Positions 42,001 to 54,017 of a stretch of DNA of 64,000 nucleotides are shown here, in pieces. The DNA comes from Tetramitus jugosus (Eukaryota; Protista; Heterolobosea). Location: the NCBI GenBank assembly GCA_937625935.1, contig OW569371.1, positions 310,001 through 374,000 on the forward strand, written 5' to 3'. Under the pieces are notes generated by a model, which was not told the DNA's origin, ran no database searches, and saw nothing but the letters and a program-made list of their open reading frames with translations. Made by a program: the position numbers and the translations under genes. Positions within the stretch are counted from its first letter, which is position 1. Each line of letters begins with the position of its first letter.

Positions 42001-43441
42001 TCTTCTGACCATCAGAAGAGAATTGTCCAAGTAGTTCCAAATTCGTATTGAACGATCCGAGCTACAAGTAACAATGAGAGGTTTTCGAGCACAGGTATCC
42101 AACCCCGTAATTTTCTGGGAATGAAACGGGTTAGTAAGATAATAAAACTTGACGTCTTGTTCCTGTAAAATGTCAGAACTAGTCAGATTCAGCGTAAATA
42201 TTTGACCCGTGTTCGTTGTGATGGCCAAGGTTTCATTGGAGGGACTCAATCCGAAATTCATTATTCGATGAATAGTCTGTTGTAACGTATTGGATTCTGC
42301 TTCGTAGTTTGATGATCCTGTTCCCGCTATTGAAGATTGAGATTGAAAGTCATAGACTGTATCGTTCATTTCAAGTGTACTGTGTGCCAACTTTAAATTC
42401 TTAGTCTTTTTGTATAGATCTCCGTGCTCGTTTGCGTCAGTCGGTTCGAAGATGGTCACCGTTCCATTATCACTTCCACACACAAATCCGCCATTATAAG
42501 GTACAATAGTGTTGATTGCTTTTCCGTCAGAGGGAGCTGTAGAGATGGGACCTCTCAGTTCCATATCTTCGACAAGATACAAGTCTCCATTTCGATTCGA
42601 TATCACAAGCCTCGTATCGTCCAACCAAGCATGATACACATACTCGTCCGAAGTATTGCTAGCAGTATTGGTGTCAGTTGGTTTCCTACTATTACTAAAA
42701 TTGTGATTGTTGAAGGATGACACCAAGGATGAACAACTCACGACTTGCTTGAGTGTACCTTCATCATATTTTAACAATTTGAATATTCCATTACCAGTCA
42801 CACAAATGTACTTATTGTCGGGAGACATGGAGCATTGATACACTGGATCTCTTTCGCTTGTTGAAGTACCAATAGAGGCAACTACCTTGGACTTTCCTTC
42901 CATGCTCCACAGAATAAGTTTATAGTGCGGTCCACCAGCCTGGGCAATCATAAATTTGCCATCTGAACTAAAGGTGAAGCTCACAAATTCCTGTATTCAC
43001 ATACAAGTATTAGATAAAATTGTCAATATCGATATTGACAAATAGAATATTGATGAGGCATACCTGTGATCCAGCATCTGAATGAGTGATAATCTTCTTC
43101 TTCTTTCTTGTGAGTGTGTCATAAAAGGTAATTGTTGGATACGATTTTCCCTTCTCTGCCACAGCAATGTACTTTCTGTTGGGTACGAGAGACATGGCCG
43201 TGATACCCATTGATTCCTTTGATCCTTTGACATAGCTCTGCGTCCCATTAATGTTATGAAAGACAAGTGTCCGCCCCACAGGATACACTAAATTGGCTTC
43301 ATCGATAAACCAAATATTGTTCTTTGTTTTTGCGTTGAGACCATGAGCACTCTTGAGAGTTAAGATTTTGGAGTGGGACTCTGAAGTGTGTTGTAGAGCT
43401 GGAGATGGATTCCGTTGTTGTTGATTGCCGCTAATATTCAT
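39001..43441 (-). CDS. CFAP57: Cilia/flagella-associated WD40 plus coiled-coil protein; exons 43441-43064 and 42990-39001
   Basis: ITGLDTCARKPLIVTCSSDRSIRIWNY, FSNGGQYFAAV, NQELEKFKFVL, QRNYLEKTV. The 73-nt intron 43063-42991 (GTATGC..CAG, phase 0) joins two ORFs. Confidence 0.93.
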
Positions 43442-43614
43442 TGATACTTGTTTAAAGTGACTAGATTTATGTTGTCTCTCTCTCTCACTCGATTCCCTCT
43501 TACTTCACTGCTGCTTCCAGTCTCTCTCTGATGTAGTTCAATTGTCAGTTAATGAAAAATCAGTTTCACCAACACAATGATTCTCCGTCCGTACATCGAC
43601 CAGTCAAATCTTTC

Positions 43615-43628
43615 TTTTGGCGCGAAAA
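43615..43628. promoter_or_regulatory. E2F-like site TTTTGGCGCGAAAA upstream of CFAP57
   Basis: Matches TTTSSCGC on both strands; about 175 bp upstream of the ATG. Confidence 0.5.
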
Positions 43629-43673
43629 AGAAATTGGGTCCTGGAGAATGATGACTGAGGGAACACTCGGAGT

Positions 43674-45170
43674 TTATTTGCCTTGTAATTGCTTCATGAA
43701 TTGTTGATCAAATGAAGCATCACCTGTTGAATTTGTTGGTGTTGTTGTGGTTGTTGTTGTATTCACATTGCTGTATTGAGAGTCAGTGTTTGGATAAGAG
43801 TCAACACTGTCAGTAGTAGCGGTAGCAGTCTTCTGATTGCTATTGATTGATTTGACTTGTTGTTTCAATACTCGTTGACTCTGTTTCATTGTTGCTTGTA
43901 AAAAGTGATAATAGTCCAATCTCTTGACATCAATATGCTCAGTGTCTCCTTCTGTTTCTTCTGTTTCTTGTTGTTCATTATTGACTGTTGTTGTTGATGG
44001 TGATGAGAATAAGACGGGAGGAGCCATACCAGGTGGTGCAATCATGATGGGTTGTTGTTGTTGTTGTTGTACTTGTATCATGTGTGGTGGTAGTGGTTGT
44101 GGTACCATCATGAGTGATGATGATGATGATGATGGATAGGCCAACATGGACATTTGTTGTTGCTGTTGTTGTTGTACTTGTTGTTGTTGATGATCATGAA
44201 TGGATTGAACGAGTTGTGATTTCAAATCCAGAGTGTTTCTCTTGATGGCCAATGGGTTCATATCATCTGTTGCCCACTTGATTTGCAACACTTGAAGTGG
44301 TTCCTTTTGTTGTTTATCTGTTGTTGTTGTTGTTGTTGATGATGATGATGATGATGATAAGACTTGATTCTGCATGGCCTCTCGTGCAAATTCAGCACAC
44401 AGTCTCAGTTTGTACTTTACAAAGGCATAGCATCGATCACTGAATGCTCTCACGTACTCTAATTGACCAAATTCTTTGAAATCTTCAATCAATTGCACTT
44501 CAATCTTCTTGTTGTTTTCCTTGAGTCGATTGTCATGTTGTTGATTGGTCTTGTTGTTGGGAGTCAATGTCGTTGGAGGAGTGTAATGACGATCGTGATG
44601 CTGATGCTGATAGCTGTATTGGTTGTTATTGTTCATGAATCCTGTAATGTACAGTGTTTTGCATTCTCTGTTGAATGAACCTGTTCCACCCATGTCTTCT
44701 CTGTCTGTGGCGTGCTTCTCTCTACCAAACACGTCTCTTGTGATGGGTATTCTCTTCTCATCGTACATGGTAGGTATTCTGTGCAGGTACTTGCAATTGG
44801 ATCCATTGGAACAGCATCCCTTTGCAAAATACAAGCAAAAAAAACTATTGTTATTCTCATTGTTATTGTTATTGTTATTGTTGGTGTTGGTGTTGCATGC
44901 CATGGTCCATCCACTGTCACGTTTAATGTTGACTCTTGTTTCAGATAGATCCTTGTTGTGAGATGATTTGTTGTCTCTACCAATGAATCGATGATACCAT
45001 ATATTGTAATCACCTCCACCTTCTTCTCTCTGCAAGTGTATATTCTTTCTCTGTTGGACTTGAATGCGTGCTTTTCTTATTTTTTTAATTTTATTGTTGT
45101 CATTGATGGTGGTATTGGTGGTGATATTGGTGGTGGTATTGGTATTGGTTGTTGTTGTTTGATTGACCAT
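43674..45170 (-). CDS. CWC2: Pre-mRNA splicing factor Cwc2 (CCCH zinc finger plus RRM)
   Basis: YNIWY, FFCLYFAKGCCSNGSNCKYLHRIP, DVFGREKH..REDMGGTGSF, AEFAREAMQNQ, IKWATDD. Confidence 0.93.
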   Translation of the reverse strand: MVNQTTTTNTNTTTNITTNTTINDNNKIKKIRKARIQVQQRKNIHLQREEGGGDYNIWYHRFIGRDNKSSHNKDLSETRVNIKRDSGWTMACNTNTNNNNNNNNENNNSFFCLYFAKGCCSNGSNCKYLHRIPTMYDEKRIPITRDVFGREKHATDREDMGGTGSFNRECKTLYITGFMNNNNQYSYQHQHHDRHYTPPTTLTPNNKTNQQHDNRLKENNKKIEVQLIEDFKEFGQLEYVRAFSDRCYAFVKYKLRLCAEFAREAMQNQVLSSSSSSSTTTTTTDKQQKEPLQVLQIKWATDDMNPLAIKRNTLDLKSQLVQSIHDHQQQQVQQQQQQQMSMLAYPSSSSSSLMMVPQPLPPHMIQVQQQQQQPIMIAPPGMAPPVLFSSPSTTTVNNEQQETEETEGDTEHIDVKRLDYYHFLQATMKQSQRVLKQQVKSINSNQKTATATTDSVDSYPNTDSQYSNVNTTTTTTTPTNSTGDASFDQQFMKQLQGK

Positions 45171-46049
45171 GATGATCTATGTGTGTGTATTGTATTATTA
45201 TTGTTGTTGTGTGGAGTTTTTTTGTTTGATTTTTGTCTTGCACTTTTCCTCGTGCTGATTGAACCCAAAATGAATGATCTTTTTGTGGTTCCGACCCACA
45301 AGAATTTTTTCACAGACGGTTGTGTTTCCATGAACAGTCGAGAAGGTGCACAAGAAACGAACTCTCTCTCAAGAATTGCAATACAAATGTTGCAGTCTCT
45401 TGAGCCCAAATGTTGCTCATGTTATTCAAGCAACATGGTAAAACGTGCATGAGGCATGAGAGAGGCTAATCGAGTGATTCTTCTCTCCTGAGTTGCGTAA
45501 ACATCCCATTCTTCCAGGCTTTGACGTATCGAACAAAGAAATCTTTTTCTCGGCCTTTTTTGGAAGCCTCCAACTCCTGTGAAAGTGTTCACTCCTTGGC
45601 CTATTAAAGGCTGTTGAGTTGACTCACAATTTGACCAGAAATACAAAAAAACGAACACAACAACAAACATAAATATTTGACAAGAAACCAACTCAATACA
45701 GTATTTTTTGTAAATTGTTAGTCACCTGTTGAACACTCGAGATCAACCAACGATACCTTACACTTCAATGACTCTAGAGTCGTTGAGGTCACCGAGATTA
45801 AGAAATTTGTTAGGGCACCCCGCAAGCAAAGCAAGGAAATCACAGAGATTGCAGCATCTCCTGTAACCGAGGCAGCAACAGAAACACTGAAAATGCAACA
45901 AAACGGTAACAAAAAGGAAGCTGAGATCTCCCAGAGTGGAGTGAGAAACATAAGAGAAATCTAAAAAGCAGACGTAACTATCGGAACAAGTGAAAGAGAT
46001 TGAGGGAAGAAAACAAACACAACTTGGTTCCAACTAATCTTCAAACATT

Positions 46050-47209
46050 ACAATATCATTCCTCTGCACTACCATGATGAGGTCACTGAGTCCTTGGTAC
46101 CAATTTTGGTCATCATCATCTGTCAATTGAAATTATGCCATTTGCTACATTGACTCTCACTCAAGGCATCATGCCTGTTCTATAACCCAGAGAAGAAAAG
46201 GCTTTGACTCAGTATCAATCATAGACTCTTGATTTCTTCTTCTTGACAAGGGTGAAGCAGCTGAATTCGCAATTGAAGCATCCAAGTCTCTCAGTCCAAA
46301 GATTGCTAAATCTTGCGAGTTGACACATCAAAGAAAGAGCGCAGATCAAGGTGTTTCAGCCCTTGGCATTGCTGTCATTGTCATGGGTGTAGAGCTTAGG
46401 CATAATCTTTGCACTGTAACATGGACAGATCTTTTGTCGAAGCTTCCATTCTGCTCTTCCTGTGTACGAACATCTTCTGTCCAGTTTAGTTCACATTCAA
46501 TGGAGAAGAATTGTGTGTTTTCTAACTTTTGGGTCATAACATCTTCAAGTGTCTTAACAGAACACTTGACAAAACTCTTGATCGAAACATAGATCTGACG
46601 TGCTTCTCTCTCTTTAAAATGTTGAAATAACTTGCAAAGTGTGGAGAAACCAGTCCATACCCATGTGTATTGAGTGTGACGGGTTCTGTTTTAGTGAGTA
46701 CTTCATCAACTTTTAGTTTCGCCGTACACTGACCACATCTTTGTGGTCCTGCTCCAGCATTTCCCACTATCTGATTAAATTGCTTTTTATCGGAGATGAC
46801 ATCCTGTGCTATGTTAGACTAAAACCATATCAACCCATGAACAAATTACCAATACTTACTTGAAAGAATGTCTCTGATTGCTTGATGGATTAATCCAATA
46901 AAAGTTCTTCAAGTCAATTATTGACTCAATGAATGGAATCACTTCAGTGCAAGACGCTTGCGTGCAGATAGAAAGCTATGTATGTACGAATGTTCCGTGA
47001 GGGAGATCTTCCTTAAGTTCTTCAATTGAAGGATGGACGACGGCAAATACTAAAAAATCTATTTCTCTCAAAGAGTTAGCTCTGAATCCTGAGTACACAT
47101 ATATTGGCAATGTTCACATTGTTGAATTACCATCTGGAGAATGAATTCGAGGAAGGTATCGGGATTTGCGGGTGGAACTGGCTCTACGAATGTATCGCGT
47201 CTTGACCAT
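46050..47209 (-). pseudogene. Decayed intron-containing gene remnant, unknown family
   Basis: Two intron-like segments on the minus strand (GTAATT..GCTAAC..TTTTTAG at about 47130-47050; GTAAGT..CTAAC.ATAG at about 46859-46809) flanked by reading frames broken by stops and frameshifts. Confidence 0.4.
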
Positions 47210-48059
47210 GCCCAACGCAGAAAGGGTGAAGCTTTTTCTTTCACCCAAACCAGGACTAAAGGGAGAACGAGACATGTGTTTAACATGGCAGGTACGCCAT
47301 AACTACTTTTTCCAAAGACTGAAAAACAAACGAAAAATGATGAAGCAAGAAGAGCAAGACAAGATTCCACCAGTGTCTGTTACACTCACAAAGGCCAACC
47401 CTCCAATATCAGGTGTTATCAAAAACAATCTAATTTGGTACAAGGAGGTTTCCTACAGATCTATCAACGCTTTTGCAACAACTATTCTGAAGAAGAATGT
47501 ACTCGATGCGAATGACTATAAATCACTTGAATTCAAATGTAGGGATCAAGTCTTACCCTATTGGTGCATTTCAGAGTGTGAACTTCTTTGTGGCCTCCCT
47601 TGGACTCAGAGACTTGAACGAATAGAAAGACACATGAGACAGTTCTCGGAACACAAGGCCCACTTGGTCGTTGGTCATGAAGTTGGAACATACTTTGCTT
47701 ATTCTAATCTACCAATCCTTGAGAAGTATTATCATTGGGTCAGTTTGATGATGTCTCGTCCTTTCTCCAGCGAGGCAACAATCGAATTAATTGTTGCCAA
47801 TAAGAACACACAACAGAGAGTGATGGATCTTTTGAACCAAAAATTAAGAGCATGCAGCAAACTGTGGCAATGTCATTTTTCTGTCTATGCCCTTCCAAGT
47901 GAGAAAAAGGAATTGGGTTTGAAAGATTCTTCCATCTCTCACAACGACAATCAAAACGACAATAGTGAACCTGAAAACGAGAGGTCGAGTGATTTTTCTG
48001 ACAGAGACTCCGAATCAACCATCCGAAAACGATTGAAGTCCCTCAGACTCGATAGTTAG
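47190..48059 (+). CDS. Hypothetical protein with possible RAMA-like domain
   Basis: About 290-aa ORF; ISGVIKNNLIWYKEVSYRSINAFA..YKSLEF resembles the RAMA pattern. Start uncertain. Confidence 0.5.
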   Translation: MYRVLTMPNAERVKLFLSPKPGLKGERDMCLTWQVRHNYFFQRLKNKRKMMKQEEQDKIPPVSVTLTKANPPISGVIKNNLIWYKEVSYRSINAFATTILKKNVLDANDYKSLEFKCRDQVLPYWCISECELLCGLPWTQRLERIERHMRQFSEHKAHLVVGHEVGTYFAYSNLPILEKYYHWVSLMMSRPFSSEATIELIVANKNTQQRVMDLLNQKLRACSKLWQCHFSVYALPSEKKELGLKDSSISHNDNQNDNSEPENERSSDFSDRDSESTIRKRLKSLRLDS

Positions 48060-49222
48060 TGGTTCTATTGATTGCAGGTGGAAAGTATGAGTAAAATTGT
48101 TGTTCTTTCTTCTCGTTTGTTGCATTTCGAACCATTGTGAGAATACTGTCAACCATTGTGGAGAAACCTTTTACGATTTAATCTATCGGTGAAGCTGAGA
48201 AAAAGAAACGAGAATCAAAGAGTCCAAACTCTGTTCAAGAGTGCACGCCTGATCTATTTGATACTTTTCTGTAGGGTTCTTTCGAATTTCGGAAACATTC
48301 CCAATCTGTCAATTTGTTGTATCTTTTTTTAAGGTGGTTCCTCTTGGATCTTCGTTCTCTTCTTGTCAACTGACTTTCTATACCAGGATCGGGGAGGCGC
48401 TTCAAGGGTTTAAGAATGGAATACCAACCGATGCTGCTTTCCTTTCTTAGAACCTGAGGACGCATGAGTCAACGTTCACTCCTGACTGCTTCAAGGGTCA
48501 AAATCCATCAAGACGCTTCCTCTTTGACCAACAACAACCATAAAACATATCCAATGTCTCGTTCCATCACCACTCAATCCAACTGCTCAACAGAAGAAAG
48601 GAAACCTTCGACAGAGGGTTCTGACGAAGGATGTGCACACCTTAAGCGCAAAAGGAAGGTTCCAAAAGATGAAACATTGTTGCTGGCTGATCATCAGTTT
48701 CTGAACAAAGAGAAATCAGAAGTTGATTCAACGAGCCTTTTGCGTCTGTACACCAACAATCCCACAGTGAATTACACTCTAGAAACATATTGCTCACTTT
48801 TTGGGATGCAATAAAATATTTACGCAATTCCAACCAGAAAATTATGGAAAAACACCAGAAGATGTTAGGATTGTCCAACATACAATCACAAAAACCACGG
48901 CAATAAAATGTAATTTTCTGTGATAGCGATTTTTTATGCTATTAGGTGAAAAGATTATTTTAGGATAATACTATAATGATAATTATTATTGCAACTGAAT
49001 ATTTAAGATACACTATTTATTAAAGAATTAAGTAATTTATATTGAATAAAGCAAATTAATTTTGTGTTGTTTGTCTCTTTTAATCATCTATATATAGGTA
49101 GTTTTGTGGTATTTTGCCGCGTTGATGTGCGGGTCTAGCGAGCGCTTTGTTCGACTAACGGCCAAGAAGTTAGTGGAGAAATGACTTTGGTTCTTGTTCT
49201 GCTGGTATGTCGAGTGAACTGT

Positions 49223-50950
49223 TTATTTTTGGCGTTTAGCTCTTGCTCCAACACCGTACAGCAATAGACCGATACTAAGAACAACAACGCTGACAATATC
49301 GTACACGGACCACTTGCTGTTCATATTGCTCGGTATCATCCATTTCATGAATGGAATGTTAAATATTATGGCACACAGCGGAAAGGCAATTGCATTGCCA
49401 AAGAAACACCAGTTGACATCCCTAGAGTATTGAATCATGAGAAATCCGTTGACCAACCACATGAAACTCACAACATTGAACACGAGTAACAATGGCAAGT
49501 GATTGAGGCATGCATTGAATGATTGTGTCATCCAATTCAAGTAGTCCATCATTCCCATGTAACCACCACTGGCACCACCAAAAGTCTTCATCTGATGCAA
49601 GTAAAAGTAAATGGGACTCAATACAATCGTGTTCAACAATATTTCCAACACTCGGCACTGGGCACCCAATGTGAACACATGAATCGAATAGTGACTCAAC
49701 AAGTAACTCTGATACAGCTTTTCACACACTGTTGGTATTGTACTCAACAGATAGATGCCAATGTAAAACAATTGACCATTGCCATTCTTTGGTTCATTGC
49801 CAGACAATGAGAATTGTGTTTGTTGAACAAATGGAATGAGAACAATGATGACTCCTAGAAAGATGAACAGTAGACTAATGAGTTGCCACTTGGAATATTG
49901 AATCCACGGCAGCTTTTGTTGTTGTTGTTTTGTTTTCCTTGTTTTCCTTGTTTGGTGGTGATTGCCATGACGATGGTTATCCATATGGATTGTATCATCA
50001 TCGTCATCGTCCATCATGACAATTTCATTCTCATGGTCTGAACAAGTAGAAGCAGTACGTTGATTCTCATGATGACTCTTAAGAATATGACTATTAGTAG
50101 TAGAAGAATAAGAAGAAGAAGAAAGAGACAATCTTGAAATGAAAAAGACGAGTGCACTGAGCAGAACAGAGAGTGGTATCGTTGTCTGTGATAGAATAAC
50201 CATGAGTGATCCACTGTTTGTTCCCATGCCATTACTTCCCACAATGTTCAATGCTGTGCTCATTGTATTGCACACTGCTACACCAAAGTAGTGAATCATG
50301 GGTGGTGATGATGATGATGGTAGTGGTAGTGGGGATTCATGTCTCTCTCTCTCATTGGTATCCTTCATATGATTGTTACGATGATTGTGATCATTATTAT
50401 TATTATGATGATGATCGAGTGATTCATTCCTAGCATGAGTAGTAGTTGTAGTTGTTGTTGTTGTATTCGTACTCATATAATGAACAGTCATTGTATCATT
50501 GTTCATATTGTTGTTGTTAGTATTGTTAGTATTGTTAGTATTGTTATTGTTGTTATTGCGGTAGTTGTTGTTGCAAAAACACTTTAGATTGTTGATCAAG
50601 TGATAAATGATACAACAGGAGAGAAACATGACAAATGTAATCATGTAGTTCATTTGAGATGCAATGTATGGATATTGGATGAGTGCATTGAGTTCTCTCT
50701 TGTAGAACACTGTCGATAGCACATCATTCAGAATATAGAATATGAATAACAAGAGTAGAAGGAGAAGAGAGGGTGATGATTGGGATTGGGATTGAGATTT
50801 GGATAGGATAGCTGATAAAGTGAACCATTGAAAAACTCTTGTTGTACGAGTGTTGTTGTTCTTGTTGTTCTTGTTGTCATGATCACGGCTGTCTGATTTC
50901 AATAAATGCAAAATTTCATCATGTTCATCTGTTGTTGTTGTGTGACTCAT
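49223..50950 (-). CDS. CRT-like (chloroquine-resistance-transporter family, DMT superfamily) transporter
   Basis: About 10 TM segments; VFYK..YPYIASQ, ILSQTTIP, YSKWQ..LGV motifs; long N/T/H insertions. Start MSHTTT assumed. Confidence 0.78.
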   Translation of the reverse strand: MSHTTTTDEHDEILHLLKSDSRDHDNKNNKNNNTRTTRVFQWFTLSAILSKSQSQSQSSPSLLLLLLLFIFYILNDVLSTVFYKRELNALIQYPYIASQMNYMITFVMFLSCCIIYHLINNLKCFCNNNYRNNNNNNTNNTNNTNNNNMNNDTMTVHYMSTNTTTTTTTTTHARNESLDHHHNNNNDHNHRNNHMKDTNERERHESPLPLPSSSSPPMIHYFGVAVCNTMSTALNIVGSNGMGTNSGSLMVILSQTTIPLSVLLSALVFFISRLSLSSSSYSSTTNSHILKSHHENQRTASTCSDHENEIVMMDDDDDDTIHMDNHRHGNHHQTRKTRKTKQQQQKLPWIQYSKWQLISLLFIFLGVIIVLIPFVQQTQFSLSGNEPKNGNGQLFYIGIYLLSTIPTVCEKLYQSYLLSHYSIHVFTLGAQCRVLEILLNTIVLSPIYFYLHQMKTFGGASGGYMGMMDYLNWMTQSFNACLNHLPLLLVFNVVSFMWLVNGFLMIQYSRDVNWCFFGNAIAFPLCAIIFNIPFMKWMIPSNMNSKWSVYDIVSVVVLSIGLLLYGVGARAKRQK

Positions 50951-52658
50951 GATCAATTGTTGTGATATCTGATGCATGAAACACGTTTTTATGATTTTTC
51001 TCTGTTTGGTTCTTCCAGCCAATCGAGGAACATTTTGTGAGAAGGAGAATAGGAATCGAAGAGCGGCGCCAGAGTTTTGAAGGAGCTCCAGTCCGAAAAC
51101 AACTTTTTTGTCACAAGCACAGGAGCAGGTTGCTTGTGACATACTAAGAAAAAAGTAATCACACATACACAACAGCAGAACCCATGGGAAAGTGCACTTC
51201 TGTTCACGCAAGTCACAATAACAACAACGTGTTGCATAGAAGGAGAGGAGTATCCAGCTCCTTACAATCACAACAACATCAACATCGCACATTCGTTTCA
51301 TCTACATATCCATCATCTCACAACAACAACAACACCAATAACAATAACAATAGCGATGGCATCGATAGTGCTATGGACAACAACAACAACAACAACAATC
51401 ACCAAACCAAAGATGGTGAAAGTGATAATGATGACATGAGTCATCATAGTGTGACAATTTTGCGGCAAGAAAGTACCACTCGTCACAGTCCCAGAGATGC
51501 CACATCGCTTCTTCTCAAACCTCCTCCGAGCAGTCCCACGAGTCCTTCATCAGCCACGTCATCATCATCCTCATTTGGTGATGACCTGTTTCAATAATGA
51601 GGACTAGTGGTCAGTACGAGTGAAACGACTACTACTACTACTAGGACGACGATTACAGACAACATATGTCACGGGAACTCACGCACATGAGCACAAAGAT
51701 CACTCACACACTAACTTTTCTCCTCTCTCTCACTCTGATTCATCGGTGCGTACACACAAATAAAATGATATCGACATACATGGTAAAAGATTTCTCTATT
51801 CTCTCTACTACTACTATAGTCCAGTTCGATCCTCATCATCAGGGTGATGACTTCTTCAGATCATGATGTTGTGATTTGTGTATTTGATATGTGTGTTCAC
51901 ATTTTTGATGTTGGGGAAAGCACAGTCGAACAAAGAGAGCTGCACCAGTACCGTACATAACCAGACGAATCATCATTTTTCTTCTTCTTCTTCTCCTTCG
52001 TGATACAAACGACAACAATGGCAGTTAGGTCAACAAAAAGTGAAAGTCAGTCAGACATGAGCAATAACGGTGTTGTCGAAATTGATTTTGTTTTTTATTT
52101 GGTCTCTTCAAAGAGTTGTTGTTGGTTTTTTGTGTGCCAAAAAAAAATTGGGAGATTGAGTGAGTTGGATAGGATGGAGGAACAGAGCGAATGATGAATG
52201 TCTGTGTGTGTGTGTGTGTATGTAAGGTGATGCAGGATAAGTAGAGACTGAGCGACCAGAGAGAGATGTTGTATATGGTGAGTGTCCACAGTTGCACACT
52301 GTTTCCAACGGTATTAAAACCTCTTGTTTGGCTAGAATGCTTGCATGTGTGTGGCACAGGAATGATGATGATGATATTGATGGATTGTTCATCATCATCA
52401 ACAACATGCCTTCTTTTTCCATTTTCTATTCGAATAGGAAAAAGAGGATGATTATCATCTGTTTGTATGTACGGGTATGATGATTCTCTCTGCACACTGC
52501 ATTCACATCTCTTTCATCTCCATCCATCCACACAGATACACTGTTATCATCATCATCATCATCTCTTTGCAATGGTAATTGTTGTTGTTGTTGTTGTAAA
52601 GGAGTAATTGTGGTATGTATGTGTTGAATGTGTTGTTTGATACAAAAAACAATACAAC

Positions 52659-52880
52659 TTATTGAACGATACAACATCCACCGTCCTTTCCATTGTCGAA
52701 TGAATTGTCTCCCGTGTAGCTCTTGTCAAATGGCTCTTCAGCATTGTCACAGTACTCAATCAATGATTTACATGCTTCACTCACTTTCATGCTGTTCTTT
52801 GACAATTCCAATTCTTGTCTCAATCTCTCATTCTCTGACAAGAGTTGCTTTAGCATAAAATCGTTCATTTTCTTTGACAT
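52659..52880 (-). CDS. Heterotrimeric G protein gamma subunit
   Basis: 73 aa: ENERLRQELE coil, MKVSEACKSLIEYC, EPF, N-x-F, terminal CCIVQ CAAX box. Confidence 0.9.
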   Translation of the reverse strand: MSKKMNDFMLKQLLSENERLRQELELSKNSMKVSEACKSLIEYCDNAEEPFDKSYTGDNSFDNGKDGGCCIVQ

Positions 52881-53227
52881 TTTCTCTATAGATTTGGTTT
52901 GTTGGTTTGTATTGTGTGCTGATGTGTGTGTACTATCAGTAGTGTTGGAGGTGTGATTGATTATGTTTTTGTTTGGCAATTTGGTCGTGCACGCTCGATT
53001 GAAAAAAAGGTGCCCTGGAACAAACTGACAGTTTGGTCCGTCCACGGTGCAGAAGAATGATATTTGACTTGCCCGAAACTGACATCTTGTTGATTGATGA
53101 CAGTCACTTGCCGCGGGAAAATGAATCGGAGGAAAATTGAGCGCAATTTCAGTCGGAGTAACTACACCAAACTAAGCGTTCGGCGAACGATCGAAGGCAC
53201 TGCCTTTTATTCATTTCGTGGACTCTT

Positions 53228-53785
53228 TCATCTGTAGGATCGATGTCTGTCAAAGAAATCGACTTGATTCTGGTCTTGGTTCATATCTCTCCTTCTTTCG
53301 TTCATTTCTTGTTGTTTCCTGTATTCTTCCAACTTTTTATTCTCTTCCATTATCTGTCTCAGGTATTGTCTTTTTTGGATCGCTCGTGTCTTCTCAATCT
53401 CCCTCATGTCATTCTCTGCAATCCTATTCTCTTGAGCCACGACAAAATCCTGGACCAGCTCGTTTCTTTTGTGCTGTTCCCTGACGTTCAAGTGATCTTG
53501 AATTTCATTCCTTCTCTGTTCTTGAAGCTGTTTCTTCTCTTCTTGGCCGCCCCAGAGGGATACTCTTCTGTTTTCGTACAATTGATTGAAACGTTGTCTC
53601 CTTGCTTCTAATCTTCTCTGTTCTCTCTCGTATTCTACGTCAGCGTTCTCTGCATTGTGCCTCTGGCTATTGCTATACAAATTACCATTGCTACTGTTGT
53701 GGTTGTTGAAACGATTTGTTTTGAGAGGTCGACTGAGGATACTATTGTGATTGGAGAAGGCTGCTGTGCTGTTGTGACTGCTCAT
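53228..53785 (-). CDS. Hypothetical R/E/Q-rich coiled-coil protein
   Basis: 185-aa ATG-initiated ORF with a charged helical composition; no family recognised. Confidence 0.7.
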   Translation of the reverse strand: MSSHNSTAAFSNHNSILSRPLKTNRFNNHNSSNGNLYSNSQRHNAENADVEYEREQRRLEARRQRFNQLYENRRVSLWGGQEEKKQLQEQRRNEIQDHLNVREQHKRNELVQDFVVAQENRIAENDMREIEKTRAIQKRQYLRQIMEENKKLEEYRKQQEMNERRRDMNQDQNQVDFFDRHRSYR

Positions 53786-54017
53786 GATACAATTAAGAGA
53801 AGAGAAGAATCTACTTGATAGGAAAGCTCTAGTTTGAAGCAGAGTCGTGAGATGATAAATTTACAGAGTTTTATTTTCTTGCTATTCTTCAGGGGCTGTA
53901 ACTGTAATTCAGATTTCAACTCCGATCAGTTCCTCCGCAACAAAATTCGACAAAGAAAGTTCATGTGAAAATTGCATTCGTCATCCTGCATTGCGTGCCC
54001 AACAGACAAAAGAGAAA

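Noticed and set aside
45541-45575. Resemblance to the U2 snRNA 5' end (TTCTCGGCCTTTT)
   Set aside because: The following GCTAAGATCAAGTGTAGTA branch-pairing region is absent.
51184-51700. 137-aa low-complexity ORF
   Set aside because: It is built from triplet repeats that stay open easily, has no domain, and cannot be supported as a gene.
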